From Octopus sinensis (Eukaryota), in the NCBI RefSeq assembly GCF_006345805.1, contig NC_043014.1, forward strand, positions 52,080,001 through 52,144,000: a stretch of 64,000 nucleotides of DNA, written 5' to 3'. This document shows, in pieces, positions 11,941 to 26,800 of this stretch. The notes beneath the pieces were generated by a model, which was not told where the DNA came from, did no database searches, and saw only the letters and a program-made list of their open reading frames with translations. Position numbers and translations under genes: made by a program. The number at the start of each line of letters is the position of its first letter. Within the stretch, counting starts at the first letter, position 1.

Positions 11941-12600
11941 GCGAGCTGGTAGAATCGATACTGCACAGGGCAAAATTCTTAGTGGTACTTCGCTTAGCTT
12001 CGTGTTCTGAGCTCAAATTCCGTCGTGGTCGGCTTAGCAATTCATCCTTTCAGGTTTGATGAAGTAAGTACCTGTTGAGACCTGGGTCTATGTATTTGAC
12101 TTAAGGCCTTGAGCGAAGTTGTTGGCATTGTGGAAAAAATTGATACCAACAATAGTTGCAGCTGAAGGGCAATGACGTGGCAGAGTCGTTATTAAGGCTG
12201 ACAAAAGGCTAAGCGGTATTTCGTCCGTCTTTACATTCTGACTTTAAATTCCACTGAAGGTTGACTTTGCCTTCCAGCTTTTCGGGGTCGATTAAAGAAG
12301 AACCATTTGGGTGGTAAGTTTGTTGTAGTTGACTTAGACTTTCCCCCAAAATTTCAGCTATTGTGTCTATAGAAGAAAATTAATATTAGTTACAAGTATA
12401 ACGCAGTGGACTCGAAGAAATGCTTAGTAGCATTTGGTCCATCTTAACGTTCTGAGTTCAAATTCTTCAGAAGTCGACTTTGACCTTCATCCTTTCAGTT
12501 TCGATAAATAAAATACCAGTATAGAACATACTTCGGTCTAATCAATCATCTTACGCATTCCGCCGATATTGCTGGCCTTGTACCAAAATTTGAAACCAGT
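11941..12600 (+). mobile_element. Three head-to-tail diverged copies of SINE family D
   Basis: Seen three times: gttctgagttcaaattc...gtcgactttgcctt(t)catcctttc...cgataaa...taccag. Confidence 0.75.
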
Positions 12601-13329
12601 ATTCTGTTATTTCATGATCCCATCCTGCAATTCGTTATCTTTCAGTTACCCATCCTTTACTTTTTGCAGCCTTGTTCGTTCTATAGTTTCTTTTCGTTCA
12701 AGTTTATCTTATAATCGAACCCTAAGAATAGGAGAGAAACAATTATGCATTTTGTCGATTTCCATAACAAAGACAATATATATGAATGTGATTTAATTAA
12801 GAGACCATATCTCTCCTCTCTGTCTCTCTCTCTCTCTCTTTCTTTTGCTCCACGAAAGCAAATATAATCCAATGAATCCAGGTAACAATTAAGGAGGAAA
12901 ATAAACGAATAAAAGGATTTAGTTCCCGTCGTTTACAAAAAATAGAATAGTTTGCTTGAAATGCAATAATGTGGAGAATTCGGATTATATGATCGTCTCT
13001 TTCAAAAAATATTTGATATGAGGTTGCATGGCGAGGGGTGTGGTGTTTCCAAGAAAGCCTTCTAATAGTATTATTCTCTGCGAATTTCAATATTTTATGG
13101 CTCTATTAATTAAAATACAAAATTTTAAAATTCAACATTAGAAAGTTTAAATACAATAAATAAATAAAAAATATGAATAAATGAAATACAAAATAAATAT
13201 TGAAAATGAAAGGAATAATATTTTATTAAAAGAAATAATTAATTAAACATTTTTCAATACAATTTTAAAATTTTGCTGTTGATTTCCAGTATCTTTTATT
13301 CAACTTAATCTTCTTGTTGTGGTTGTTTA

Positions 13330-14700
13330 TATGGAGAAGTGGTGCTGGAGTCGTTAATCATGGTAGCGATGGTGGTGATGATGATGATGATGACGACGAC
13401 GGCGATGGTATGGGTGGTTGGTAATGATAATAACGGCAGTATTATCATAATGATAATGCAGATGCAAATAATAACGACGGTGTTGTTGCTGGTGAGGATG
13501 AAACTGATGATGAGGGTGGTAATGATGACGAGGGTGGTAATGATGACGAGGGTGGTGGTGATGCTGATGTGATGATGGTATGAATGGAGATGACGATGGT
13601 TACTGTGATGACCTTGATCATCATCATCATCATCGTCATCACAATCATCATCATCATCATCACAATCATCATCTTCATCATCATCACAATCATCATCATC
13701 ATCATCATCACAATCATCACCATCATCATCATCACAATCATCACCATCATCATCACAATCATCATCATCATCATCATCATCATAATCATCATCATCACAA
13801 TCATCACCATCATCTCCATCACCATCATCATCACAATCATCATCATCATCACAATCATCATCATCATCATCACGGCGTCAACAAAGAGAAAGACGACGAA
13901 AGCGATATCGAGAACGATGAAATATTAATGAAGACGATAATGATAGTGGTAAGGATGGTGTCGTTAATGAAGATGATGATGATGATGACGATGAGGTTGG
14001 TAATGAAGTTGCTGGTAATGATGATGATGATGTTGATTTTGATAATGACTTCCGTAATGGTAATGTTGGCAGTGATAATGTTCGTGAATTTCACGGTGAT
14101 GGTGATAATGACCATAACGCCTAGAAGGCCATTAATTATGACGACCTCCATCATCATCATCATTATCATTATCATAATCTTCATCGTAGTGATTTTTAGA
14201 ATGATGATGATGATGATGATGATAACCGTGATAATGCTTCTTATTTCAATGGTATTTACAATCTTGATGATGGTCAGCTAGAGGAAGGATTGCAGTGTAG
14301 GAGGGGAGGGATTTTTCAGGTATATTGGAACATTTTCCTTCACCGTTTTCGACGATGCTGAAGTTGAGAGATTCAGTCGATGATGGTGCTCATCACCAAG
14401 AGCATCATAACCATTATCCTCATTATCATCATCATCATCACCATCAACAGTTAGTATTATCTTCAAGATCATGATAATTACTATAAGGAAGATGGCAACG
14501 ATAAAAGCAACGATGATGAGAATGATGGTGATGATGTCTTGACGCAGTGTGGTGATGGTGATAAGTACGGTGATAACGATGATGACGATGATGATGATGA
14601 TTATAATATCGAATGGTGACATCGAAAAATTGCGTGATATAGGCCTTGGTGTAATCCATTGCAATCATGTCATTTATGAACTGGTACCATGAGAACATAC
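13330..14700. repeat. Complex (GAT)n/(CAT)n trinucleotide region with alternating polarity
   Basis: Seen: GAT-type blocks near 13340-13615, 13925-14130, 14200-14225 and 14500-14605; CAT-type blocks near 13618-13872, 14148-14190 and 14400-14450. Confidence 0.9.
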
Positions 14701-14824
14701 AAGATAATGTACTTCCGACAACACATTAAATTTCGCCTTCAAAACATCAAATTTGCGAAGCCAGAAACAATAGAAATCACGCAAAACTAATGGACGTATA
14801 CACTTCTTCTATGTACATGCATAC

Positions 14825-15113
14825 ATGTATATATATATATATATGAATTTACATATATATGTATGTATATATATTATATATATATATATATGAGTTAATA
14901 TATATATATGTATGTATATATATATGAGTTCATATATATATGTATGTATATATATATGAGTTAATATATATATATATGTATGTATATATATATATATATG
15001 AGTTAATATATATATATATACATACATATATATATATATATATATGAGTTCATATATATGTATGTATATATATATGAGTTCATATATATATTATATATGT
15101 ATATATATATGAG

Positions 15114-15152
<39 letters not shown>

Positions 15153-15370
15153 ATATATGAGTTCATATATATATATATATGTATATATATGAGTTCATAT
15201 ATATATATATATGTATGAATATATATATGAGTTCGTATATATATATATGTATATATATATGAGTTCATATATATATATATGTATATATATATGAGTTCAT
15301 ATATATATATATGTATGTATATATATGAATTCGTATGTGTATATATATATACATATATATATATATATGT
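14825..15370. repeat. (TA)n-based minisatellite with recurring GAGTTC/GAGTTA node
   Basis: Seen: repeated atatgagttcatatat...gtatgt units. Confidence 0.9.
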
Positions 15371-15913
15371 AATGGATGTTTAATCATATGCACGTATGTA
15401 TATATGAGTGCATATACATATGTGTATATTTGTATGCGTGCGTATTTATGCAATTATTAGAAATATAATATAAAGAAACATGCTATATATTATACATATA
15501 GCGATATTTGATATCTTGAAGGTGAAATAAATTTCGTACAAGTGTTTATAAATCTAAAAATTATCATTATTATTATTATTTATCTGAATGAGGTAATTAG
15601 GTAAAGTACATGCTCAGATTATTATCATTAACGATGGAATAGCATTGTATATAGAGCATTTATGTTTCTTTTGCTAATACGAAATAACACGTGAGGCAGA
15701 GGAAATTAGATTTCAGACATTCCAAGGAATTTCTAATTCTGCAAATGAAAATTTTGATATTTTACTCATTTTGCTTTTAATTGTTTTGCCACGACATCAA
15801 AATATTACTCTTGCAGTTGTTGATACAATATGTGCCAAAATATTTACCTATTTCTTGCAAATGAAATCTGACATAAATGCGATAATTTTGACAGAGTAAC
15901 AATCAGTACGTGA

Positions 15914-16178
15914 GTAAGCGTGTGTATGTATGAATGTAGGTAGGTACATTAGTGTATATATATACATGCATATATATATACATGTAGGAATGCATTTTTC
16001 TATTTTTATTCACACCATCACGTGGAGGAAACTAAACTCACAGAAGAAAGAAACAAGGAGAGAAAGATTTAGATTTAAACGCGCTTAAAAACAGATCCAA
16101 ACAAATTAAAACATATATTATCCTATTTATGCGTATGAATGTGTATGCACGCATACATATGTACAGGTATATGTATAT

Positions 16179-16215
<37 letters not shown>

Positions 16216-16295
16216 CACTTGATAAAATATTTAAAGGGATTTTATCCTTAATTCGATATACAGAATACATAAATATATATATATATATTATATAT

Positions 16296-16337
<42 letters not shown>

Positions 16338-18340
16338 ATACATAGGCACAGGAGTGGCTGTGTGGTAAGTAGCTTGCTAACCAACCACATGGTTCCGGGT
16401 TCAGTTCCACTGCGTGGCATCTTCGGCAAGTGTCTTCTGCTATAGCCCCGGACCGACCAATGCCTTGTGAGTGGATTTGGTAGACGGAAACTGAAAGAAG
16501 CCTGTCGTATATATGTATATGTATGTGTGTGTGTGTTTGTGTGTCCCCCTAGCATTGCTTGACAACCGATGCTTAGCGGTTCGGCAAAAGTGACCGATAG
16601 AATAAGTACTAGCCTTACAAAAAATAAGTCCCGGGGTCAATTTGCTCGACTAAAGGCGGTGCCCCAGCATGGCCGCAGTCAAATGACTGAAACAAGTAAA
16701 AGAGTAAAAGAGTATACGCATATACATATGTATATGTAAATACACATATGTAAATAAACACACATACACACACACATATATATATATTAGAACTGAAACC
16801 AAAGTCTCGTAATTACAAAGCGAGTTTCTTACCGACGCGGCCATGTTTGAATGCGCCTATGTTCGAATTCTCTGAATAATTAAATAGAAACAACGACGCA
16901 AATACGCTCGAGAATCAAAAACAACAACCGAATTTTGTTTAATAATAAGTCGAAGAAAATCGTAGGGATACAGTCATAAAAAAAAATCTATCCATGACCA
17001 TCCTTTAGCTCTGCGCACCCAGTAGCAGAAGCACAAACAGCAATAATACCAATTACATGAAAAATTAATTATCAAAAACGGAGGTTATAAGAGCTAAAGG
17101 AAGCTGTCTGCAAATGAATTACTTTTATGCAAAACATCTAAAGAATACGAATTGATTTCCTTTTCATTAACATACTTTCTTTTGCAAAGATTTCTCTGCC
17201 AATATTCGGAAATATAGCATTCCTTTCAGCATCAGAATGATATCATCAAATTCTTGCACATGTTCTATATATACACACACTCGATCATTGATTCCCAAAT
17301 GAATATTTTTTAAAAATAATTTGGTGATAATGTATTTGATATCATGGAATTTTGTGAAAAATTCAGAGATAAGCAAATATATCGACATATGATGTGTGTG
17401 TGTGTATATATATATATGTATATATATGTATATATATATAAATGTGTGTGTTTTGTTATGTGTGGGTTTGAGATTTAGTTTGTATTTTCGTGAGTGAGTG
17501 TGTACTGGCGTGTCTTTTTCTATCCCTGTGAGAATACAAACATATTGTTTGCACACACGTTCATGATATTTCGATAGAGTTTGGATAAATATCACGCTGA
17601 AAGATTATAATAATAATAATAATGATAAAATCTAAACAAATCAGAAGAATAATACAAAGAAAATGCAATAAAGGAAAACTTATTCTTAGAAATTTGTTTA
17701 TTTCCGATCTGTCTTCAGGAAACAGACATTCCGAGAAACAAAACAGTATTCTTCCTTCCATTTTAGACCAATAATTACAGGGGGAAAAATAGTGTACTGC
17801 AGAAAGAGAGCGAAAACAAAACAGAAGCAGAAGATGCATGCATGAAGCAGTTTCATAAATTGTTTAGAAAATAATTATTTTAGATTCGTGAAATTTCTGA
17901 AACGTTCAATGCAAGTTTATATCTTCTAATGTCTGGGATAAAGACATTTCAATCAGTCTAAAGAGAAAATTCTTCAGATTCAATGAAACCTAAATGCAAA
18001 CACAGCAACTCGCAGAATATCAATCGAATGTCAGGAACGTAAGCATCAAAATATTCATAACCAAAACAATGGAACTGCTGCCCGAGACTCTATAAACACC
18101 TATAAAATCCCTTTAAATATTTTATCAAGTGATATATATATATATATATATATATACTTGCACATGTGTATGCATGCATACACATTCATACGAATAAATA
18201 GGATAATATATGTTTTAATTTGTTTGGATCTGTTTTTAAGCGCGTTTAAATCCAAATCTTTCTCTCCTTGTTTCTTTCTTCTGTGAGTTTAGTTTCCTCC
18301 ACGTGATGGTGTGAATAAAAATAGAACAATGCATTCCTAC

Positions 18341-18388
<48 letters not shown>

Positions 18389-18426
18389 TAATGTACCTAC
18401 CTACATTCATACATATACACGCTTAC
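15914..18426. repeat. ~330-bp inverted duplication (15914-16245 / 18102-18426)
   Basis: Seen: cacaccatcacgtggaggaaactaaactc... versus ...gagtttagtttcctccacgtgatggtgtg; a few substitutions and different TA lengths. Confidence 0.95.
16345..16713 (+). mobile_element. SINE family B, near full length
   Basis: Seen: ggcacaggagtggctgtgtggtaagtagc head, gggttcagttcc B-box-like motif, tail gtaaaagagtaaaagag. Confidence 0.9.
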
Positions 18427-18478
18427 ATGGCAGAAGTGTGGAATCCCATGTTGATAGGGAACTTACAGACCTCTGTAC

Positions 18479-18514
<36 letters not shown>

Positions 18515-18767
18515 ATAGAGAAAGCACTTATCTATTGCCTGACAAGGGAGAGAACCTCTTTAAAGCCAGCTGGAGTGTCAGATCATCTATTCGATGAATC
18601 ACCATGTGAGACGCTTATTTTGTTGCCTAGGGTTAAGCTGAACTCGCCTAGCGCGTTTGTTTCCCTTGTCAATCATTAGACAACTATTATGCCCCTGGCC
18701 CAGAGTGGCCTGACACTTATTTATAGCAATGCTAATTATTCACTTTCGCTTATATATATATATATAC

Positions 18768-19169
18768 TACTTGTTTCAGTCATTTTGACTGCGGCCATGC
18801 TGGAGCACCGCCTTTAGTCGAGCAAATCGACCCTGGGACTTATTCTTTGTAAGCCCAGTGCTTATTCTATCGGTCTCTTTTGCCGAACCGCTAAGTGATG
18901 GGGGCGTAAACACACCAGCATCGGTTGTCAAGCAATGCTAGGGGGACAAACACAGACACACAAACACACACACACACACATACGTATATATATATATATA
19001 TATATACGACAGGCTTCTTTCAGTTTCCGTCTACCAAATCCACTCACGAGGCATTGGTCGGCCCGGGGCTATAGCAGAAGACACTTGCCCAAGATCTAAC
19101 GCAGTGGGACTGAACCCAGAACCATGTGGTTGGTTAGCAAGCTACTTACCACACAGCCACTCCTGCGCC
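18768..19169 (-). mobile_element. SINE family B, near full length
   Basis: Seen: reverse complement of 16345-16713 at high identity. Confidence 0.9.
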
Positions 19170-19181
19170 TATATATATATA

Positions 19182-19374
19182 TCTTCACCATGATAGATCA
19201 CTAGTAACTAAACCTTTTTCTAGTTTCTCTCCCTGTTTATTTATGTGATCCTTTCTGTCGAAGAGCGTAGGATCGAAACGTAAAAGACTTTCTCACTTCC
19301 CAAGCGTTATTCTAATACATCTGTTTGTTGTTTACACATACGTCTTCGTCTCTTGTTTTTCAAAAATTCTCACT

Positions 19375-19375
<1 letters not shown>
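19182..19375 (+). mobile_element. Penelope-type terminal remnant with hammerhead-like motif at 19251-19286
   Basis: Seen: cttt CTGTCGA a gagc-gtag-gatc GAAAC GTA aaag, between microsatellites; homologous to 40610-40835. Confidence 0.6.
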
Positions 19376-19420
<45 letters not shown>

Positions 19421-19794
19421 AAAGATAAATGCGATACAATAAAATTAATTATAATCGCCGGTGTACCAGTATATATATATATATATATATATATGCTATT
19501 GTACATGTATGTATATTTGCATGCACGTATGCATACATATGAAGGTGTCTAAAAACTACTTTTGTAGGTGATACTACTACATATTAGAATATGTCTGCAA
19601 AACTATCTGTCTACGCTTGAAGCATGACATGGGAATCTAACTTCAAGAGTACCCTGTTACTTGACGTTCTGTAATGACTAATGACATTATAATGATGCAA
19701 TAATCACTTCCATTCCATAAACTAAATAATTTAAAGAAGCATTATTCCATTACTGCTTCAGTTTTCTATTTCTACTCACCGAACAGCATTCGAC

Positions 19795-19837
19795 AATATA
19801 CATACATACATACATACATAAATACATATATATATAC

Positions 19838-19894
<57 letters not shown>

Positions 19895-19899
19895 CATAC

Positions 19900-19932
<33 letters not shown>

Positions 19933-19987
19933 ATATATATATACATACATATATATATACATACATATATATATATATACATACATA

Positions 19988-20055
<68 letters not shown>

Positions 20056-20150
20056 CGTATTACAAGCAGATTTTTCGTAATTAATTCTCCTCTAATGTTT
20101 AGTATATAATTGCACTCCACTCTCGATTTGACGGCAATTTCGTATTTCAC

Positions 20151-20185
<35 letters not shown>

Positions 20186-20227
20186 CATATACATTATAGA
20201 TGTATGTACGACACACACATACATAAC

Positions 20228-20296
<69 letters not shown>

Positions 20297-20573
20297 ACTG
20301 TGTGTGTGTACGTCTAGGATTGTATTGAGACACTTAATCTGTAAACTATGAAATCAGCCACTCGAAATAATTCCATGCTAAATGCAGCAGTCAACAGGTT
20401 TCATTCAATAATGCGCTTCTAAATGTAATTTGTTTCGGCAATTAAAACGGAAAAATCAGAGAAACATAATTCAAGAGTTTCTCTTAATAGCCGTCACAGG
20501 AATATATGAAGACATGTATGTCTTTTGTTTTATGTGTGTTGTAATTACGTGTCCATGCACGTATGCATGCACG

Positions 20574-20609
<36 letters not shown>

Positions 20610-20965
20610 GTGTGTGTGTGTAGATGTACACATGTATATATAGATGCATATACCCATATGCATGTACAATATATGTATATATATATATATATTTATATAT
20701 ATCCACACATATATATACGCATAATACATGTATATATATATGCCTATTACAAAAATATATATGCCTATTACATACATATATATATGTCTATTACATACAT
20801 ATATATATATGTCTATTACATACATATATATATGCCTATTACATACATATATATATGCCTATTACATACATATATATATGCCTATTAGATATATATATAT
20901 ATATATATATAATTAATTAATAAGGGTGAGAGAATTAGATACTAATTTAATAGTATATTTATTCC

Positions 20966-21015
<50 letters not shown>

Positions 21016-21030
21016 TATTACACACACATA
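19795..21030. repeat. Microsatellite cluster: (TACA/TA)n, (TG)n and atgcctattacatacat minisatellite
   Basis: Seen directly, with short unique spacers. Confidence 0.85.
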
Positions 21031-22889
21031 CAAAACACACGCAGTATGTGTAAATAGGTATATACCTATTTGTGAGTTACACAAGTATACATTCCTGTGT
21101 TTCTGTTTATATGCAAATTATCCTACTTAGCATACATCCTATTTCTAACCCCACTTATATATCAGAAAAAGTGTCCCCTCCGTGTGAATAACCTCTTTTT
21201 GTCTTCTCGTATATCTGTTTAAACATCTGCAATTATTGTCAATGATTGTTACGTTTCATTTGTTTTTGTCGCTTTCATATCTGGCTTTTTGACATGATTC
21301 AGATTGGAATCTAATAAAGCGTTATATCTTCAAATACGTTTAAACTGCTGTGCAAGTGCCAAGTTAATCGTGTGCTTAAAGATGAAGCTGTACGACTAAA
21401 AGAAGCACGACATTATTCATATATGCTTCGTGGCAATTCGCCAATAATCTTTACAAACTTAAGTTGCTAAAGTCTTGTTTAAAGTAAATGGCATTACGGA
21501 AAGAAATACTAGGAAGAATGGGAGAGAGGGGGAAGAATGAGTGAAGGAAGAGATATAGAATGAGAATGGGCAATAAACAGCGTAAATTTACTAACCATTG
21601 TGAAAATCGTTGTTTAGTAGAAATAATTCTTCAGCAATTAATACTGTTTGCTTATTGCTGCTGGAGTGGGAAATAAAAGTGAAAAGTACGAAGGAAATGA
21701 GAAATCCCTGCCTTTGCATGATGTATATTCATATTTCATTTTGTTTATTCCGGCCGCAATGTCAAAGGTCGATGCTTGATAAGCGCTTTCTTAATGAAAA
21801 TTTTCGATGCGTGATTGTAAATATTTGGAGATTAGTCGTTAGTTAAGGATAGTTCATAGGGGCCATTTAAATAAATTAAACTGGAATAAGCAAATAATGC
21901 CTATATACATCAACGAGAATAACTTTACGATTTAGCCGCTAATTTTTCTTAATATTTCCTCGACGATCATCTTAAAACATGAAAGAATCTTTAGAGATAG
22001 GTTTATATATTCTGGTAATTTTAAAAGAGGGATAGTTGCTGTGAACCGTTTGATTAAGTGTGACTCCGAATGAAGAACAAGAAACGTGATGTCAATAGAG
22101 GAATAGGAATGCAGTGCTCCACGAAATAAGAAGGCGAATGCGAAGTGAAAATTATGATTCGCTAGCAATAAGAGCTAAGCTAACAATAATCCCAACCTAC
22201 TTTCCTTTAAATTGAAAAGTAATATTTCAAAATAGAATCCAAGAAGCTTGGATCGTATTATGACTGTGAAAAAGAAAAAAGAAAATAGTTTGGCCATGGC
22301 TGGAACGTTTTTGATCCTAGGTCATTTCGATGAAAAGCAATCATAATAGAAATGACCATGATGATGACAACGACGACGACGACAACAACAACAACAACAA
22401 CACTATAAATATGTGCAGGAAACCATCTGAAGGCAGCGCTACAAGAATTCACTTGGTGTTTGTAAGACCTCTGGCAGCCTAACAACGTATTACTTGCTTC
22501 CATTGCACTCAACAGAACATATGCTTATCTCAAACTATTCTAATATATTCTAATATATTGAAACCTTGACACGTACCGAACAGCAAGTGTTTAACCTGGA
22601 GGCAACGTCCAATATGGCGCGATTTCATTTTCGATTAACCGTTTCTGGTTAGAGGCATTTTTCTCTTCCCCAGTACACTTGGAAAATACTGAACGTATAT
22701 CAAATATGATCACACCCTTAATATGTAATGCATGTGTATCTTCAGGTTAAATATAAATCGATAATATATATCGGACACGTAACTGAAATTGTAGATCGAC
22801 AAATATTCATTCTTATTTAACCTTTGTGTCAACAACCATTTTGAAATTAATAACGCAAGAGCCAGCATAGTTAATGTTACGAGGCAATT

Positions 22890-22930
<41 letters not shown>

Positions 22931-24649
22931 TTCATTTGTATACCTGTTTGTATGCATATCAAAGTCTGTTTCTGTCAAAGCGCATAATTAAAATGTAAAG
23001 TTACTCAATGTTTGATAAAGGCATATGGTTATTACACTTCAACAAGAAGACAGATTACTGAGTCTTCGGGGCTTTAGCATGATAGCGTTCGTTAGACATA
23101 TTATACTTGGGTTCCTTCTGACTTTATACAGCTTTTGTGACTTTATACAGCTTTTGGATAGGGGCAGCTTAAGCTGGATTTCAAATATAGCTCAGTCAGA
23201 AGAAAACTAAAAGTCCTATACACCGAAGTCTCTGCCAACCCTTTTTTTCAATATGTATATATTTATATACATATATGTGTGTGTGCTTTTCTGTCTGTAT
23301 ACATGTGTGCGGGGGAATATAATCACGTAAAACTAAAGATATGACAACATATGGACCAGTTGAACATTGGCAAAATGACCCAAAAAGCTACAAGTTAAGC
23401 TATACGTTGCCTTCTAGTAGAGAGTGAAATACAAATCTTTCAAACTGATGTATTTGTTCGTGATAATACGTAACACAAGGGATACACAGAAAACCGGTTT
23501 GGAAAAAACAGTGACCATAAACTGAAGCTAAATATCCGTTGTTTTCCTGTTAAGACACATAAACTATTGCATGTTCCATTTCATTTGAGAATAATGAGTA
23601 TTAACCTGTAATCCATAAGGTCCGTGTTAGGCAATGAAAGAGCAATAACATGCAGCCTTCTTTAATTAAGTCTTTCTTTTAATTATAGTACAAAAAGTCC
23701 GTTTAACAAAACGAGCAACCAGTAAACTTGAAGTACGGAATGGATGTATAATCCACAAATGTATAATTATATTCTGCATAATTAATTGCCAAAATTGCAT
23801 CGGGTGCTATATATGTGTGTGAAAAAATGTTCGTGGTCTTGTAGTCAAGGAGTTGCACACATGACCGCTAGATCGTGAGTTCGATTTCTGGAACGGGCGG
23901 CGGCTTGTGTTCTGCTCGCCTAGCCAAATGGGCAGTGCAATTCGAAAGCAGAAACGATGCCAAGCGTATTGGGAGCATCAATGTAATAACGACAACCAAT
24001 GGAATGACCAATACCGCGACGCACACACACACATACACACATGTGGGAATAATCATTATTGTAGCTTTATATACACACTCACACATTGGCGCTGGAACGT
24101 ACGTATGCACATTGCATACATATATATTAGAACACCAGGGCCGACAAAGATACTTGAAAGGAATGTTTTTGATGCTCAATAAAAGAAGGCATCGTCTCAT
24201 ACATGTGATATGTTGCGGTGTAAATGAAGACGATATAATTATGATAGAGATGCAACATAAATTCCCTCACGAAATCTTCAGGCGAAAAACAAGGGAGATA
24301 AATCAATTAACATAAACTAGTTCAAAATATTGCATAACAATGAAAATGCGGCGGGAAGTCGATCACGGATTGAAAAACAACTGGTGAAACCCGATCGTAA
24401 TGGATGGTTCTGGTGCGCGTGTGACTTTATATATGAATACACGTGTGTGTTTCAGTGACTGTCCATGTGCGCATGTGTGTGAAGCAGATTAGGAAACTCT
24501 CTATCAATATATCAATGAGTGTATATACTATACATTCGTAAATAAATTAAGACTGATTTATTTAAATATATTGATTTGTCTATCTGTGCGTGCGTTTACG
24601 TACGATTGTACAAACACGACGTTCATCTAGAGGCCTCTGTCTATGCTCT

Positions 24650-24740
<91 letters not shown>

Positions 24741-25719
24741 TCACACAAACACACATACATAATGCACGTATATTCAACATGAAGGATATGTTTATGCAAC
24801 GATGTAGCAACTTAAGTAGGCATAAGTAAATAGTACTCTCTGTTTCTAACATAGTATTTATTGTTATTTGATGATGCAGTCGGGAATATTGATATCCTAT
24901 GTGTGATGCTCCGGGCGAATCCATTTCACATTATAGAATCAGTATCATGCAATACTTATCATCCTTTTAATATAACTTGCGGGGATTTCACTGCTTATTC
25001 ACTAATTCACAAGATTGACAAATTCCAGGTTGGCTTCCTTGATAAATAAATCTATTTCGTTTACCTCTTTGATTGTCAGCCTTCTCAAAACTTTATTGTA
25101 TTTATGATTCTCAGATTTCATGTTATGTTTATTTAAATGTTTCTGTGACTGTTAACCTCTTTCGTTCGATTTTCAACGAAGAAAAGGCGCGAGTAATGCA
25201 TATAGCACGCTTGCGAATATTAGCAGTTTTTCAAGATGGTTATGTGTGCACAACAACAACAACACGCGCCTCTGACTGAAAAGGAAAGCTTACGCATGCG
25301 TAACTCACTCTTCTTCAGTGCAAATCCTTGCATGTATCCTGTCCGCTAAGTCAACGATCGCTGTTTATCTAACATGAAATCGTGTTTGCCAACCTATGTA
25401 AATAAAATTCAATGCAATAACAACATATTAGGTACAATATAAATATAATTTGATATAATGCAAGATACACAAGCACACGCCGGCAGATACATAACATACA
25501 TAGATTGGACAAACATATATGTGTGTTTAAACAGAATGCACGCGTAAATTAACAAGGACACATACACACACATATATATACATGTTAATGCAAATCTCTC
25601 CTTCCCTAAACATATATGTTTATAAAAACATACTCCACAGGTTTCGCACATGCATATGTGTGTTTTTTGTGTCTGTGTGGATACGTAATTATATTAACAC
25701 ACATAGGACACGCGAACAG

Positions 25720-26800
25720 AAGTATTATATACGCCACCTTCGTTTAAAATCGAACTCCCAGACCAAACTACCACCATTATCAATGCCAACACGACTAGCT
25801 ATCATCATCATCTTTATTTTAACACGGAGTTTGGAGAATTCATCCCATAGAGTGTTTTTTTCGTTATTTGGCACGGGCTTCTGTAACCTCTTCCCAATGT
25901 TTAGGCTTTTACAATTCCTCTTCATCAATTTGGAACCCTTGCTTTTTCTCCACACCACAGTCATCGTCAATGCGCATCGTATACTCGTACAAGCATAATT
26001 TTCTTTTTTGCTCACTACATCGCATTGTTCCTATATATCGCGTTTTGTCTTTATACTCTGTCTTTCTTGTATATTAATGTTACAGTTTAAGCCATGTACG
26101 CCCTCGTCATTTCTTTTTCATCTTAGCGAATCCGCCACTAACATCCTCACCCTGCCCTCCCATACAGGTATGCGTAACGTACACAAGTATTATACTATAT
26201 TCCTTTCGCATTGAGGATACTAGCAGAAATAAATTGTTCCTTAATCTTTTGGAATATGATAATCATTCGGTCTGCTGTGCGTTCGGAGAGCCCACCTCTA
26301 CAACTATTTTTATCAACTTGGTAGCAACAGCTAGCGATTGTTTCTCCGAAGCCTTTTGCATATTTTGTAAAACGTATTTGTCGTCTACTGTCATACCATG
26401 GTACTAACGTTGGTGAGGCATTATTTTCTTTTCTACTTAATAATGTAGAAAACGATAGGCCAATGATGAAAGTTTTCTTAACAATTTCTCCTGTACTACT
26501 TTTATGGACTCAACTATGACAACTATGGCAAGACTGCCCTCATATTGCTAACTCCTGTTATTTTCTGCACACCTACAATAGATATCAGGTGGACGGGAAC
26601 CACGCTTGATGTACCCACTTGCTTGCGAAATTTAGAGCATTTCTAGATATGACCCGCACGGCCATTTGAAACCGTTTACGTAACCCTTAGATTCCTTAAC
26701 TGTCAGCAAAATGTAGAGCGTTGTACTCTGTCACAGACTTCCGTGTAGATGAGCTGTTCTCAGCCATTTCTGAAGAAGTATAATCACTTTACTGCGCATA
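25720..26800 (-). pseudogene. Highly decayed LINE fragment (APE endonuclease to pre-RT region, CR1-like)
   Basis: Minus-strand remnants resemble RPPD (cgtccacctgat), a QLV..PTRG-like stretch and an SDH-like stretch; GC is higher than the flanks. Inference from weak motifs. Confidence 0.4.

Noticed and set aside
13580-14281. 233-aa poly-His/Met ORF and overlapping poly-Ile/Met ORFs
   Set aside because: Product of (CAT/GAT)n repeats that stay open in several frames on both strands; no domain or splice context.
21639-21660. taatactg, matching the 5' end of miR-8/miR-200
   Set aside because: Only the seed matches; no precursor hairpin seen.
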